This document shows positions 49,228 to 62,509 of a DNA stretch of 64,000 nucleotides, piece after piece; the first letter of the stretch is position 1, and every line of letters starts with the position of its first letter. Origin of the DNA: Callorhinchus milii (lineage: Eukaryota); the NCBI RefSeq assembly GCF_018977255.1, contig NW_024704743.1, positions 50,718,001-50,782,000 of the forward strand, read 5' to 3'. The notes under the pieces were generated by a model. It saw nothing but the letters and a program-made list of their open reading frames with translations. It had not been told where the DNA came from and did not search any database. The translations under genes were made by a program, and so were the position numbers.

Positions 49228-49825
49228 TTCCGAAACATCACCAGACTACGGCACTGCTTCATCCCTCATGCTACTGAAACTCTGGTCCACGCCTTTATCA
49301 CCTCAAGGCTGGACTATGGGAACTCTCTCCTCGCCGGCCTTCCCGGCACCTCCCTCCACAAGCTGCAGGTCATTCAGAACTCTGCAGCTCATATAGTGTC
49401 CCGCACCAGACTTTGGGACCACATCACTCCCACCCTCGCTCGCCTCCACTGGCTTCCCATCCCCCAGAGGATTGAATTCAAGATCCTCATCCTCACCTAC
49501 AAGGCCATTCACAGCCTTGCTCCCTCCTACCTCTCCGACCTACTATCCCCCTACTTACCTGCCCGTACCCTCCGTTCCTCTGGCTCCGGTCTGCTCCACA
49601 TCCCCCGCCTCAACCGCCCTACCATCGGTGGCTGGGCCTTCAGCCTCTCAGCCCCTAGGCTCTGGAACTCCACCCCAGTGCCTTTGCCGCCTCTTCCCTT
49701 TCCTCCTTCAAGGCCGGTCTCAAGACCTTTCTCTTTGACCGTGCCTTCAGCTCCCCTCTCAACTCTCTACTCCCTCTTCGCTCCCTCCCTTCCCTCCCCT
49801 CACCCTGACCATTTCCCCCCTGCTA
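49228..49825 (+). mobile_element. Young L2 3' fragment (explains the 293-aa ORF)
   Basis: RNITRLRHC...[13 protein letters not shown]...; nearly identical to the 60193 and 13339 3' ends. Confidence 0.93.
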
Positions 49826-49829
49826 GAGT

Positions 49830-50100
49830 GGAGGTGGAGGTTAAATGGCACATCCTATGGCACTGTTTAAAAAGAGAAGGGAGTTCCTTCAAGCATCCTG
49901 GCCAACAATTCCCCAAATAAAATTGGTCATTCACTTCACGGCTGTTTATGGGACAGCGCAGTGCGCAAATTGGCTACTGCATTTTTCCATAAAATACAGT
50001 CAGTCCGTTTTACAGTACATCCTGTGATGCGCTTTGAGACTTCCTCCTGACATGTGGGACGCATATCAAATGCAAAGATTATTGTTGTTATTTTTATTAT
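49830..50100 (+). mobile_element. SacSINE1-like 3' half
   Basis: Deu core and tail. Confidence 0.8.
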
Positions 50101-51070
50101 AATAAATGTAAATTTGTATTTGTATGCATACCACCTACACATGGAAATTTCCCGTGCCTAGAATTAAATGTGCACTCTCTCCTTGGAGGGATACATCCTG
50201 CTTATCTAATTCTGGTGAGTATTAGCAGAGGTTAGCAAGACGGGAAGTGCCACAATGATTCTCTCTGAACTCCAAAGGCAATCAAGATAAAATTCCAGGA
50301 TATTTCTTATGTCTCAAAATTCAACCCTGCCTTACTTCCCTAGGGATAAAAGATTCTTCCAATTCAGCCTCAGCACCACACAAACCATTGCATCGCATGG
50401 AGTAATCTATTCTTAGAGATTGATAATCCAAAATGTAGAGATTTGTGTATCCTAATTTGCACCCCATACCCATAAATGTTGGGGTATGAAATGTGTTATT
50501 ACTGCAGGAATTCCTTAATATAGTATCCCATTATGAAATACTGCAAATTAGTTTAATTATTACATGTTTAAAATGAATTGCTTCCAACATTCTGGTAGTG
50601 ATTATTACAACATACAAAATTGCTGGTGGGAAGCAGCATGATGTAGGAAAATGACTCAGTGATCTGCATTATTTTCCCACATTACAGTACTCCTAAGTAA
50701 GTATTATAATTTTACTTATGCTGTCAGCGCCTTGGGACTTCCTCCCGACGTGAAAGTCACTGTATTAAAGCAATTTGTTGCTGATGCATGGGACATAGTG
50801 AAGTTAATGTACAGTTTTACAACAAATGATATTGATGTCAGTCACAATGGCACATGACCAGGCTCACACATCACATCAAACCAAGCATAACTGATTTGTT
50901 TCAGAGTTGCATAATAAAGAACTTCAAATGAATTACGGACCACATAAAATTTAGAACCATGTATCTTACATTCATCATAAGTTGTGTATTCCTATACATG
51001 CAAGGTTGTAATTTAAAGGAACTGATATATTAAGTCTGATATATAACTCTTAATGACAGTGTACGTACGT

Positions 51071-51136
51071 TTAAAAATAAAACTATTTTACTTGTATACA
51101 CATTAAAAATAAAACTATTTTACCTATATACATATT
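51071..51136 (+). repeat. 32-bp tandem duplication
   Basis: TTAAAAATAAAACTATTTTACYTRTATACAYA twice. Confidence 0.85.
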
Positions 51137-51889
51137 GATATACTAATGGTATTGCAAAGAGTATTTTACAGTGTTTAAATGATGTATGTAATTATGATTT
51201 CATAACCTTGCGTTTTTTAAAAGTTTTAAGACTAAATAACAATTTGGGAAATGTCATAATGACTGATTCGAGGGACACAATCCCCAATGGGAACCTGTGC
51301 TGTCTTCATTCCAAACATTTTGAGATAAAATATTTCAAACTCAATTTAAATCAATTTCTCATTTTAATGCCCCCTTGTGTTTCTTAATGAAACATTCTCC
51401 GATTGAAAGGGAACCTGTGGGAAAATCGAATGAAAAGCTGAAAGCCTGTTGCCAAGATGTTTATTGAGCAAATGAGCATTTGGAGATCTGGCATGTTCTC
51501 GCTCGTGACAGCTGTCACAGTGCATTGTAATTCCACCAATTGTGGTTCGCTCTTGTATATGGTGATTCCATGAAGAAATGCAGAGCTTTCCAAAGCACAG
51601 CTGTCCGTTCTCCTGGGATTACATTGATGAGATAGATTTGCCATGCCTAAATATGTCTCACGAAGCAACAAATGTTGTATGGCTAATCAGCAAAAAAAAC
51701 TGGCTGTAAAATTATCCACTAACCCTCTCAAGTTTGTGCTCGCATAACCACCCCCCAATCCCTCCGCCCCCTCCAAATTTGTCCGCTCTTTCTCTCCTGG
51801 AAGCACTGACTTATACAGGGGCCCAGTCAGCCACTCTCTGATACCATGCTCAAATGGTCAACCTTATTTGATGATGCAAGCTAGTTGAC

Positions 51890-52160
51890 TACAACAACAA
51901 CAACAACAACTTACATCTGCTCTTCACTCAGAACAGGATCTCTGAGTGACGGAGCTTGATGCCAAGCAGGGAGAGGGGGAGATGTCCGTGAACACAGTCG
52001 AAGACAAAGGTCCTCAGGTCTGTTATGAAGATGGGCAAGCAGGGGACAAGGCAGAGGGATTGAGGCAGAGTTCCAGAGTTTAAGAGAGTAGTGGTTGAAA
52101 GCCAGTCTGCCGATAGTAAAGCGGAGGAAACAAGGCATGTGCAGAAAGCTGCAGCAGCTG
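51890..52160 (-). mobile_element. Old L2 3' end
   Basis: TIGRLAFNHYSLKLWNS; (TTG)n tail. Confidence 0.8.
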
Positions 52161-52254
52161 AGCAAAGTGGGTGGGTAGAGGAGTAAGGACTACAGTGGAC
52201 TACAGAGAACATCACAGTTTTGATTTTCATTGGTTTGGACTGACTGCTTATCAT

Positions 52255-52620
52255 GTGGAGTCATGTGGCTTAGTGGTTAGAGCACTTGAGTCGCAAGCGA
52301 GAGGACTTCGGTTCGATCCCTGGGCAGGGCAAAATGCTGGGCAAGTTTCCTTTCTCCACACGCCTCTGTTTACCTATCAGTAAATAGGAACCCAGTTGTT
52401 TGGCTATTGGTGGATCGCTTTTCTGGGAATAATAATCCCATATAAAAATTAATTTGTTCACTCAAACCACGACTGTTTTCGGGACACTGCTGTGCGTAAT
52501 TGGCAGCTGAATTTTGCCCTCAAATTATATAGTTAATTCACTCTACAGTATATTCTGTAAAGTGTTTTGTGATGTCTCGAAGATGTGATAAGGCACTATA
52601 TCAAATGCAATTATTATTAC
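52255..52620 (+). mobile_element. tRNA-derived SINE, long form, full length
   Basis: B box GGTTCGATCCC, long-form insert, Deu core and tail. Confidence 0.9.
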
Positions 52621-52644
52621 ATCATAATAAAAAAACTTGCATTT

Positions 52645-54250
52645 CATAGAATCATAGAATGTTACGGCACAGAAGGAGGCCATTCGGCCCATCGAGTCTG
52701 TACCGGCTCTCTGATAGAGCAACTGACTTTTATTAACCCCACTCACCAGCTTTCTCCCCATAACCCTGCAAACCTGTCTTCTCCAGATACCTATCCAGTT
52801 CTCTCTTAAAAGCTGTTATCGAATCGGACTTCACTGCCCTTTCGGGCAGATCATTCCAAATTCTAACAACTCGCTGAGTGAAAAAATTTCTTCTAACCTC
52901 CCTTCTGCTTCTTTTGGTAGATATCTTAAGACTGTGACCACGAGTCACAGACACACCTACCAGCGGAAACAGCTTTTCCCTATCTAGCCTGTCGAAACCT
53001 TTCATGATCTTGAAGACCTCTATCAGGTCCCCGCGTAACCTTCTCTGCTCTAATGGGAAAAGTCCTAACTTTTCCAGCCTGTCCTCATAGCTAAGCTTCC
53101 CCATTCCTGGTATCATTCTCGTGAATCTCCTCTGCACCCTTTCCAGTGCCTTAATATCCTTCCTGAGGTAAGGTGCCCAGAACTGGACGCAGTACTCCAG
53201 CTGAGGCCTAACCAGTGTTTTGTACAGATTAAGCATAACCTCTCTACTCTTATACTCTATGCCCCTACTAATGAAGCTCAGTACACCAAATGCCCTTTTT
53301 ACTGCCCTATCTACCTGCTCTGCCACCTTCAATGAATCGCTTACTTGAATGCCCAGATCTCTCTGTACGTTCACCCCCCTTAAGATTGAGCTACCAAGCC
53401 TATATTGCCTCCTATCATTTTTCCTACCTAAGTGTATCACCTTGCACTTATCTACATTGAAATCCATCTGCCACATGTCAGCCCATTCCACCATTCTGTG
53501 TATGTCTGCCTGCAGTCCGTCACAATCTTCTTCACTATTTACTACCCTACCTAACTTGGTATCATATGCAAACTTGGAAATAGTGCTCCCTATGCCCAAG
53601 TCCAGATCATTAATATATATTAGAAAGAGCAGTGGTCACAATACCGATCCCTGGGGGACACCGCTGCACACCTTCTTCCATTGCGAGAAACACCCATTAA
53701 CCACCACCCTCTGCATTCAGTCACTCAGCCAGTTCCTAATCCAAACGGCTACTGTCCCCTTAATACCATGGGCCTCCAGTTTTTTTATTAACCTCTTATG
53801 CGGTGCTGTGTAAAAAGTCTTTTTAAAATCCATGTAAATAATGTCCACTGCATTTCCCTCATCAACCCTCGCAGTCACCTCTTCAAAAAATTCTATTAGA
53901 TTTGTTAGGCAAGATTTGCCTTTAACAAATCTATGTTGGCTGTTTCTAATTACCTCGTGTTCCTCTAAGTAGAGATTTATTTTGTACTGGATTACGGTCT
54001 CCAGTAGCTTTCCTATTACCGAAGTTAGGCTGACTGGCCTGTAATTTCCGGGCTTGTCTTTCTGCCCCTTTTTGTAGAGTGGGGTAACATTAGCTACTCT
54101 CCAGTCTCTTGGCACCACTCCTGTGTCCAATGACGATTGAAATATAATGGCCAAAGCCTCCGCTATTTGAACCCGTATCTCCCACAACAACCTTGGGTGA
54201 AACCTATCTGGTCCTGGTGACTTATCAATTTTGAGCCCAGTCAATCTTTT
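52645..54250 (-). mobile_element. Young 5'-truncated CR1 LINE covering the RT domain and 3' tail
   Basis: ORFs 53717-54283 (KSPGPD, NYRPVSLTS, KGKSCLTNL) and 52733-53599 (FAYDTKLG, YKTLVRPQLEYCVQFW, RRLRGDLIEVFK); (ATTCTATG)n tail. Confidence 0.96.
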
Positions 54251-54254
54251 CAGA

Positions 54255-54530
54255 GTGCCTTTCATGTTGAGAGAACATCTCAAAGCACTTCACAGGATTT
54301 AGTGTAAAGTGTATTGACTGTATATTTTGTAGTCAAATGGCTATAGTTCAAACAGAAAGTGTCAATGTATTTAAGAAGAAACTTTATGCATACATGAGGA
54401 GGAGGGGATAGAGAGATATGGGAGAGGGGGATAAGAGGGGTGGAGACTCGTGTGGAGTATAAATATCAGCACCGGCTAGTTAGGCTGAATGGTCTGTTTC
54501 CATGTTGTACCACTCCATGTAATTGTATAC
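54255..54530. mobile_element. Remainder of the interrupted minus SINE tail (54255-54340) and a plus CR1 3' end (54340-54530)
   Basis: AGTGCCTTTC...AAAGCACTTCACAG; GGCTGAATGGTCTGTTTCC. Confidence 0.7.
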
Positions 54531-54534
54531 CAAC

Positions 54535-54714
54535 AGGCACTTACCAACAGGAATCGCAGGATAGCAATTAAGAGCAGCAAATCTCACTGATTTTCCTATA
54601 TCAGGGCTAGATGAAGTGTCCTTGTTACTGCCTCAGCTCAGATCAACTAATTCAGTATGGCCATTCAGGGCTTTCAATCGATGGTATGAATTTACCAACT
54701 GAGCCATCGGGCAG
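54535..54714 (-). mobile_element. AmnSINE2-like 5' half
   Basis: Reverse strand GATGGCTCAGTTGGTAAAT...CTGAATTAGTTGATCTGAGCTGAGGCAGTA...GGAAAATCAG. Confidence 0.6.
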
Positions 54715-54761
54715 TAAAGTTACGTTTTTGCATTCAGTGATTAGATTTTATTTTCAGTCTT

Positions 54762-55140
54762 CATAGAAACCTAGAAACATAGAAACAAAAGTAGACTTTT
54801 CAGCTTCTCGAACCTGTTCTGCCATTTTATAAGATCATGGCTGATCTGTACCTCAAGTCCAGTTACCCGACCTTACCATATCCCTTAATACCCTGACCTA
54901 ACAAATATCCATCTACCTCTATCTTGAAAATGTGAATGGATCCAGCATTAACAGCCGTTTGGAGGAGAGCGTTCCAGATTCCACTACCGTTTGGGTAAAA
55001 AACTGCCTCCTAATTTCACTCCTGAATGGCCTAGCTCTAATTTTAAGATTATACCCCTTTGTTCTGGATTCCCCACCAGACAAAATAGTTTCTCTATATC
55101 TACCCTATCGAATCCCTTCAATATTTTAAAAACCTCAATC
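54762..55140 (-). mobile_element. CR1 3' end
   Basis: IEVFKILKGFDRVDIEKLF; (TTTCTATG)n tail. Confidence 0.88.
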
Positions 55141-55934
55141 GCTGAGCATAATAGATGTGAACATTCCATGAGCTGAAAAAGTAAGAAAACTACAGCGTAA
55201 ATGGAACAATGTTCGATAAAAGTGCATTGCGTAAAGTGTGTTCCTTGTCGGATAACACATAAACACCAAACCGACCCATGAGATCTCTGCTTCAATGTGA
55301 TCTAGAGTCAGAGCAGAGTTTTAGCAAGTCACTGAGATGAATAAGGGGTTCCCTGCACCACATCTGTGTACTTTATGTCCCACCTTCATGACAGCGACCC
55401 TGTGGCTTTCCGTTCAACCACTTTTTGAACTTGTCTCTAGAATTTCTCAATGATTTGAATGAAATGTATTTTTGCAATTTTGCCACGTTTTGCCCACAAA
55501 ATACAGTCAATTCAGTTTAAGTACATTCTGTGAAGCACTTTGTGATGTCTCAACAACATAATAAGGCATTATATCAAATGCAAGGGTTATTATTATTTAT
55601 TGAATACTAGTAACTAATTATTCTTTAGTAAATAAGACTACAAGGATTCAGACAAAATCATAGAATTAGGATCTATTTGGCTTACCCCATCATTTATATT
55701 GTCTTTGATTCCCTTCACTGCCAATTGTTTTGTTTTGATCCAAAATCATTTCCCTGATCCCTGTACCAGGAGTTTGTTTGGTTGTCTTTTGAATGCTGCA
55801 GCTGTCAGCTTTTATTCCACTAAATAACAATCTATTCCCTAACTTAAGATATGCAAATGTAAAGGTAGTGTTTCTTAAAAGTTGTCAACTTACAGTCACT
55901 CACTTCATTTTCAGCAATTTGCAACCCATTTAGG

Positions 55935-56272
55935 CTATGCTGATACTCCAATACAGTTCTGAGGTGTGCTGCTTGTCAGAAGTGTCATTCTTCAGATGAG
56001 ACATTAAACCAAGGTCCCATCTGCCTGTCCAGGTACCTTTTAAGATCCTATGGCACTATTTACAAAGAGAATTTATTGTTCTGGCCAACAATCTCCCAAA
56101 TCAAAATTGGTCACTCACTTTGTGGCTGCTTGTGGGACATTGGTATGGGGAAATGACTGCATTCACCTGCAAAATACATAGTCACTACACTTTACAATAA
56201 ATCTGTGAAGTACTTTGAAATGTCTCAACGATGATATAAGGCATATAGCAAATACAAGGATTATTATTATTA
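55935..56272 (+). mobile_element. SacSINE1-like SINE, headless
   Basis: Body, Deu core and (TAT)n tail; another SINE tail lies at 55480-55597. Confidence 0.8.
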
Positions 56273-57219
56273 TCTTCAATTTATAGTCCCACTCCAAGAG
56301 TTTCTACCCTGGTTTTACAAAATAGCTCACCAGTTCTGTTGTGTGATTATTTGTTACCCATCAATCAAGCAAATGGTCTTTTGTTCCTTTGTAGTTCAGA
56401 TCAAAGAAATTCAATTTCTTCAGACTTCTTATATTGCACTTTCAAATTGGAGTTAAATCAACAATGAATACCTGTAGACTGACACATGTTTAGAACTATG
56501 CACACTAACAAACTGGGCAATCTACTAGCAAAATACAGAATGTAAGAATCTTAATAAAAATAATAGCTATAAAACAGTCTTCAAAGATCACAAAGAACTT
56601 CGGGTGAAACAGGCACTTCGGCTCTTTTGATCCCAAACAGAATCTCTTCATATGATTAATATTGCATTTTATTATGTGAATCAAGTTGGTGTGTGACAAA
56701 TTTGATTCTGCTTGTTAATTGTTCCAAGAAGCAGCTTCTCATCACCCACACTCCAATTGATGAGAGAGCAAGTTCTTGCAGGAGGGGAGTTTGTACTTTT
56801 ACAAGTTGGGGAGACATAAAACTCCAGACAAAGCTTTATTTGAGACTGAGATGTGAAAGGGAAGAGGCGAAAATGCAGTTTCTTTGTATTTTTAATAAAG
56901 AATAGTCAACCTAAACTACACAACAGCTTTGAAAGGAGAAAAAAGACTTAACTGTTTAAATGGATACTTTATTACCTGTGAAGAGTTTTGACTTTGATAC
57001 TGCAATATATTTTCCCAATACAATTCTACTCTTTTTTCAATTTTATTGTAAATAAGTTGATTTTTTTACATCTGCAAACTTCTGATCTGCGTGGGAATAT
57101 CCACTTTCCTGACAGTTTTGTAGCATAGTCCATTATCACATTAAATGCAGCAAACACAATCGTTTATTGGTAACTGTTCACCCATTGGATATGCAAGGGC
57201 CAACAAGGATGTGGGCAGA

Positions 57220-57775
57220 TTACAATACAATTTACATTTACAGAGTGCTTTCACATCAGGAGGATGTCTCAGCATGCTTTACACAGCTGCCTGGGCACTC
57301 AAGCCAAAGTGGGGAACTGAAGAGAGTGGGGGAGAGGGGGGAAAGGTGACTGAAAGTACTATCGAAGAGATAAGCCTTGAGGCGCGCTTTGAAAGTGAGG
57401 GGGTAGGGGGTGAATCGGAGGGACTCCAGGATAGAGTTCCACAGAGCGGGGGCAGAAAGGCTGATGAGTTCCATGATTAATGTGGGAAATATGATGCTGG
57501 CAGGAACTTTTGCAAGCTGGTTCACATGAAGTGACAATACAGAAAAAAACAATTGTGGTGGTTTTATTACTTAAAAACTTGGCTGGTGTTTCAACCATAC
57601 TATTAATTTCCAATGATACAGGGACACCGACCTGCTTCAGGACTTCCACACTTCCCACCCCACCATTGGCAGTTGGGCATTCAGTATCACTGGCCCCACA
57701 CTCTGGAACTCTGTCCACAATTCCTCTGCCTTAGCCCCTCTCTTGTTTTCTTCAAGTCCTGTCTAAAGATGTTTT
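57220..57775. mobile_element. Two old L2 3' fragments (minus 57220-57470, plus 57625-57775)
   Basis: LSAPALWNSILESL...FKARLKAYLFD. Confidence 0.75.
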
Positions 57776-57816
57776 GTTATTGTGGGTGATAATATAGATC
57801 ATAAAAGAAAACAGTC

Positions 57817-58187
57817 AATAATAATAATAAATAATGCTTGCAATTGATATAGCACCTTATCACGTCTTCAAGACGTCTCAAAGAGCTTCACAGAAAATAC
57901 TGTGAAGTGAATTGACTGTATATTTTGTTGGCGAAATGCAACAGCCAATTGTGCACAGCAGTGTCCCACAAACAGTCCTGGAATGAGGGACCAAATTATT
58001 TTTTAAAAAAAATTTGAAGTGATTATTATCCCCAGAAAAGTCACCTGCCAATTGACCAACGACTGGGTTCCCTACTTACTGCTAGTAAATAGAAGCATGT
58101 GGAGTAAGGAAACTTGCCTAACATTTTGCCCTGTACAGGAATCAAAGCCAGGTCCTGTCACTTTGCGAGACGAGTGCTTTAACCAAC
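57817..58187 (-). mobile_element. tRNA-derived SINE, long form
   Basis: Reverse tail, Deu core, insert and head. Confidence 0.88.
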
Positions 58188-58799
58188 TTTGGTTAGAGTA
58201 TTGCAGAGAGGCCTTCTGTATGGTGAGTTAGATTTCAAGTAATATCTGCTTTTCTACCAAGTGAATCAACAATGACATGACAAATATTTTTCTTTGCATT
58301 ATGTAAAGTATCTCAACATTTTTATTTAGACTTTCATGGGCTGCTCATATCAAACAATTATTTTTACCCCTCCCTCTTAAGGGTGGTAAATAATTTAACA
58401 TTTCAAATGAAGATAGAGAATTAAATTGTGAAAGGATTGCTGCAAATTGGCCATGTCCTGAATTTCTGATTTTCTGGAGTGATTTGGGAAATGTGCCATG
58501 TCTTTATCCTTTGGGTCATCATTTTCTAACTGTATTGTCAAGTGCCTGGTAAATAAAAGAATTGCTGGATTTAAGTGAAATGTTTATTTTAGTCATATTT
58601 TCAATGTCAGTTTAGATTAAACAAGATTCAGTTTAACAACTTAATTGTGCTTTGTTTGTAATTTCATCAAATCACACATTGGTTCAATGTTTATTCATGT
58701 GGTTTGTATCTTAGGTGTCATAACAATAGGGCAAAGTTATAGCAAACAAAAGATAGAGAGGTGTCTCTTGAGGGGCACTCTGATGATATGATTTTTCTC

Positions 58800-59650
58800 A
58801 TTTATATGCTCCCTCTTGGTGATATCATCTGCAGTCAATTTCCACATGTATGCAATAATACCGAAATCCAGTTTTCATCCTCTAGTTGTGACCCCAGGTC
58901 TAGGATTGCTCTGACTGTCTGACATCATGGCATGGATGAGTTCCAACTTTTTATAGCTGAACATGGACAGGACAAAAGCCATCCATATTGGCTCTTCTCA
59001 CCTGCAGTTCTGAACTCCTTAAGCTTCCCTGCCTAACCTTCTGATTCACCAAATTTGTATGCAACCTTTGGTATCCTTTCTGCCTCGCGTTTGATCATCT
59101 TTGCTCAGCTGGCATGGGTCTGTTGCATTTCCCTGATCTCCTCCGTTCCACAACTGGAGCGATGCTTTTAACGACTATGCCTCGAATCTCTGGAATTCCT
59201 TGCCTCAATCCCTGCATCTTGGCCCTTCTTTGCCTATCTTCAAATCACACCTGAAGATTCCTGTGGAGTCCTGTAGCTCAGTGGTTAGAGCACTCGCTTT
59301 GCAAGTGAGAGACCTGAGTTCAATTCCCGGCAGGGCGAAACCTTGGGTAAGTTTCCTTACTCCACACGCCTAATAATAATCCCTCCAAAACCAAAAACAA
59401 TAATAAATTGGTCATTTTCAATCTACGACTGTTTGTGGGACATTGCTGTGCGCAATTGGCTGCCGCGTTCGCCCACAAATATACAGTCAATTCACTTTAC
59501 AGTGTGTTCTGTGAAGCGCTTTGGGACATCCTCCCAACGTGAAAAGCGCTATATCAAATGCAAGGATTATTATTATTATTATTATCATTAGTTTCCTCTT
59601 TGACCGTGCCTTCAGTCACCTCTCCCCTCACTCACCACCCTCCCCCCAAC
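58800..59650 (+). mobile_element. Old L2 fragment split by the SINE at 59263
   Basis: YMLPLGDII...FKSHLK[SINE]FLFDRAF. Confidence 0.8.
59263..59590 (+). mobile_element. Young tRNA-Ala-derived SINE, short form
   Basis: Near-identical to 2969 and 11337; TTCCT on both flanks (59258-59262, 59593-59597). Confidence 0.93.
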
Positions 59651-59651
59651 C

Positions 59652-60192
59652 GGGCAAGTTTCCTTATTCCACACACCTTTTCCGGGGGTAATAATCCCTT
59701 TTTAAAAAAATTGGTGATTCAATCCATGACTGTGTTTGGGATACTGCTGTGCAAAATTGGCTGCTGCGTTTCATCCAGAAAATATACAGTCAATTGATTC
59801 ACTTTACAATGTGTTCTGTGATGCGCTTTGAGAAGTCCCAAGGTGTGATAAATTGCTATATATTTCCTGGCAAGGCGAAATGTTGGGCAAATTTCCTTAC
59901 TCTACACGCCTCTGTTTCCCCAGCAGTAAGTAGGAACCCGGTTGTTAGTCAATTGTTGCATTGTTTTTCCGGGGATAATAATCCCTAAAAAAATAATAAT
60001 TTGGTCACTCAATCCACGACTATTTCTGTGACACTGCCGTGTTCAATTGGCTGCCATGATATGCCCACAAAATATAGTCAATTCACTTTACAGTATATTC
60101 TGTGAAACGCTTTGAGACGTCTAGAAGATGTGAAACGTCAAATGCAAGGATTATTATTATTTATTATTATATCAAATGCAAGGATTATTATA
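59652..60192 (+). mobile_element. Two tandem 5'-truncated SINE copies
   Basis: Two GGGCAA.TTTCCTTA, Deu core, tail units; the second has a duplicated tail end. Confidence 0.85.
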
Positions 60193-61233
60193 AACAACAA
60201 CAACAACAAGATTCCATTTATAGAGCATCTTTCACGTCAGGAGGACGTCCCAAGGCGCTGCACAGTTGGGTCAGGACCCGAGCAGGGGGAAAATGGTCAG
60301 GGTGAGGGGAGGGAAGGGAGGGAGCGAGGAGGGGGTAGAGAGTCGAGAGGGGAGCTGAAGGCACGGTCAAAGAGAAAGGTCTTGAGACCGGCCTTGAAGG
60401 AGGAAAGGGAGGAGGCAAGGCGAAGGCACTGGGGGATAGAGTTCCAGAACGGGGCCAGAGGAACGGAGTGTATGGGCAAGTAAGTAGGGGGATAGTAGGT
60501 CAGAGAGGTAGGAGGGAGCGAGGCCATGAATGGCCTTATAGATGAGGATGAGGATCTTGAATTCAATCCTCTGGGGGATGGGGAGCCAGTGGAGGCGAGC
60601 GAGGGTGGGAGTGATGTGGTCGCGATGCCTGGTGCGGGACAGTACACGAGCTGCAGAGTTCTGAATGACCTGCAGCTTGTGGAAGGAGGTGCCGGGAAGG
60701 CCGACGAGGAGAGAGTTCCCATAGTCCAGCCTTGAGGTGATAAAGGCGTGGACCAGAGTTTCAGCAGCGTGAGGGGTGAGGTAGTGCCATAGTCTGGCGA
60801 TATTCCAGAGGTGATGGAAGGCGGTGCCAGTTGTGGTGCGGATATGAGGGAGAAAGGACAGCTCAGGATCGAACAGAAGCTCGAGGTTCCTGACTGGGTT
60901 TGAGAGGTGGAGAGTGCAGCCTTGGATGCTGATGCTGTCAGCGCCTGAGGTGCAGAGGCGCTGACGTGAGCCAATCAGGAGGGCCTCAGTTATGCGCACG
61001 TTGAGCTGAAGAAAGTTGTCTCTCGTCCAGGACTCGATGTCGGACAGGCAGACTGTCAGGACATCGGTGGTCGTGGAGTTGAGGGTAGAGGAGGAAAGGT
61101 AGAGTTGGGTGTCATCCGCATACATGTGGAAGTTAACCCCATGTCTGTGGATGATGTCACCAAGGGGGAGCATATAGAGGGTGAAGAGGAGGGGACTGAG
61201 GACAGAGCCCTGAGGGACACCGGACGAGACAGT
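60193..61233 (-). mobile_element. Young L2 RT-to-tail fragment
   Basis: [12 protein letters not shown] 60367-61173 with YADD, and tail with (TTG)n. Confidence 0.95.
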
Positions 61234-61404
61234 GAACCATGTTGCTGTTAAGTGGCCCGTGATCCCACCTTATTATGTCAAGAGGGCTATATAAATGCAA
61301 GTTATTGTTGTTCATGATGATGATTGCTTGAAGAAACTGTGTTTGTTCTTTGTTCTTGCCAGCTGTTTCAGTTCATTTAATCCCATCAGTTGTCATTGTA
61401 CGTC

Positions 61405-61826
61405 ATTTTGGGTAAATTGATAGCACTCTTGCACCTGAGTCAGAAGATTCTGGGTTCAATGCTGATACTCCAATGCAGTACTGGAGATGCACTATGTCGT
61501 TAAACATGTCGTCCTTTGGTTGAGATGTTAAACCAGGGTCCCGTCTGCCTGTTTTGTTGGATGTTGAAGGTCCTACAGCACTATTTGGAAAGTGAAGGAA
61601 GTTTCACTTGGAGTTCTGGCCAACATTCCTCTGAATAATATTGGCTGTTCACATCATGGCTGTTTGTGGGACATTGCTGGGTGGCTATTTGTTGAACTTC
61701 AATGTTTGAAAAGTAGCTCCCATGTTGACACACAAAGTGCACAGTCACTAAACTTAACAGTATATCCTGTGAAGGTTTTGAGATAATGACATTATAAGGT
61801 GCTGTATTAAATGCAAGAATTATTTT
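61405..61826 (+). mobile_element. SacSINE1-like SINE, full length
   Basis: Head TAGCACTCTTGCACCTGAGTCAGAAG through tail. Confidence 0.8.
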
Positions 61827-61929
61827 TTTATCCCATTGCAACTTCTTGTTCCTGGTTTCAGTATAATCTCTCAAAAAAGACAGGTGAAGTGGATGAAAAG
61901 GCATAGTTGTTGCATCCTTTACGATCGTA

Positions 61930-62225
61930 TGATAATAATGAGGATCCTTGCATTTAGTGCCCTTAAAGTCCAAATTACTCAAAGTACCTTACAGTAATTA
62001 CTGTTAATTGTAGTTACTGTGTAATTGTGGACAAACACTGCAGCCAATTTGCACACAGTAATGTCCAACCATCAATCATGAGATGAATGATCAATTTGTC
62101 TGGGGGATTGATGGCCAGGGCACCCTCTTCTCTTTTCAGATTTTTTACAATTTCTTTACAGTTTCTTTGACACTTGCAGTCAGGACCTTGGTTTAACATC
62201 TCATCTGAAGGACAGCACCTCTGAT
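61930..62225 (-). mobile_element. SacSINE1-like SINE, tail-to-tail with the preceding copy
   Basis: Reverse tail, Deu core and body. Confidence 0.75.
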
Positions 62226-62509
62226 GAGAAGTTATTGTGTCTAGTTTGGATACCCATGGAAATCTCTGCTATGGAAAAGCTACCCTAAAAATACCATTGG
62301 GCTAATTCAAGGGATGAGAAATTTTAGTTATGTGGAGACACTTGAAAAATTGGAAATGCTTCTATTGAAGCAGAAAAGGTTAAAGAATGCATCTAATAGA
62401 AATGTATTTGACAAATATATTTGATAGAGTAAATAGAACAGACTATTTCCATTGATTGGTGTCAAAGAAACAAGAGGAAATAAACTGAAAACCGTCATTT
62501 GAAGAGAAA

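Noticed and set aside
49039..49920. 293-aa ORF as a novel chimeric gene
   Set aside because: Chance read-through across family B repeat, L2 and SINE pieces.
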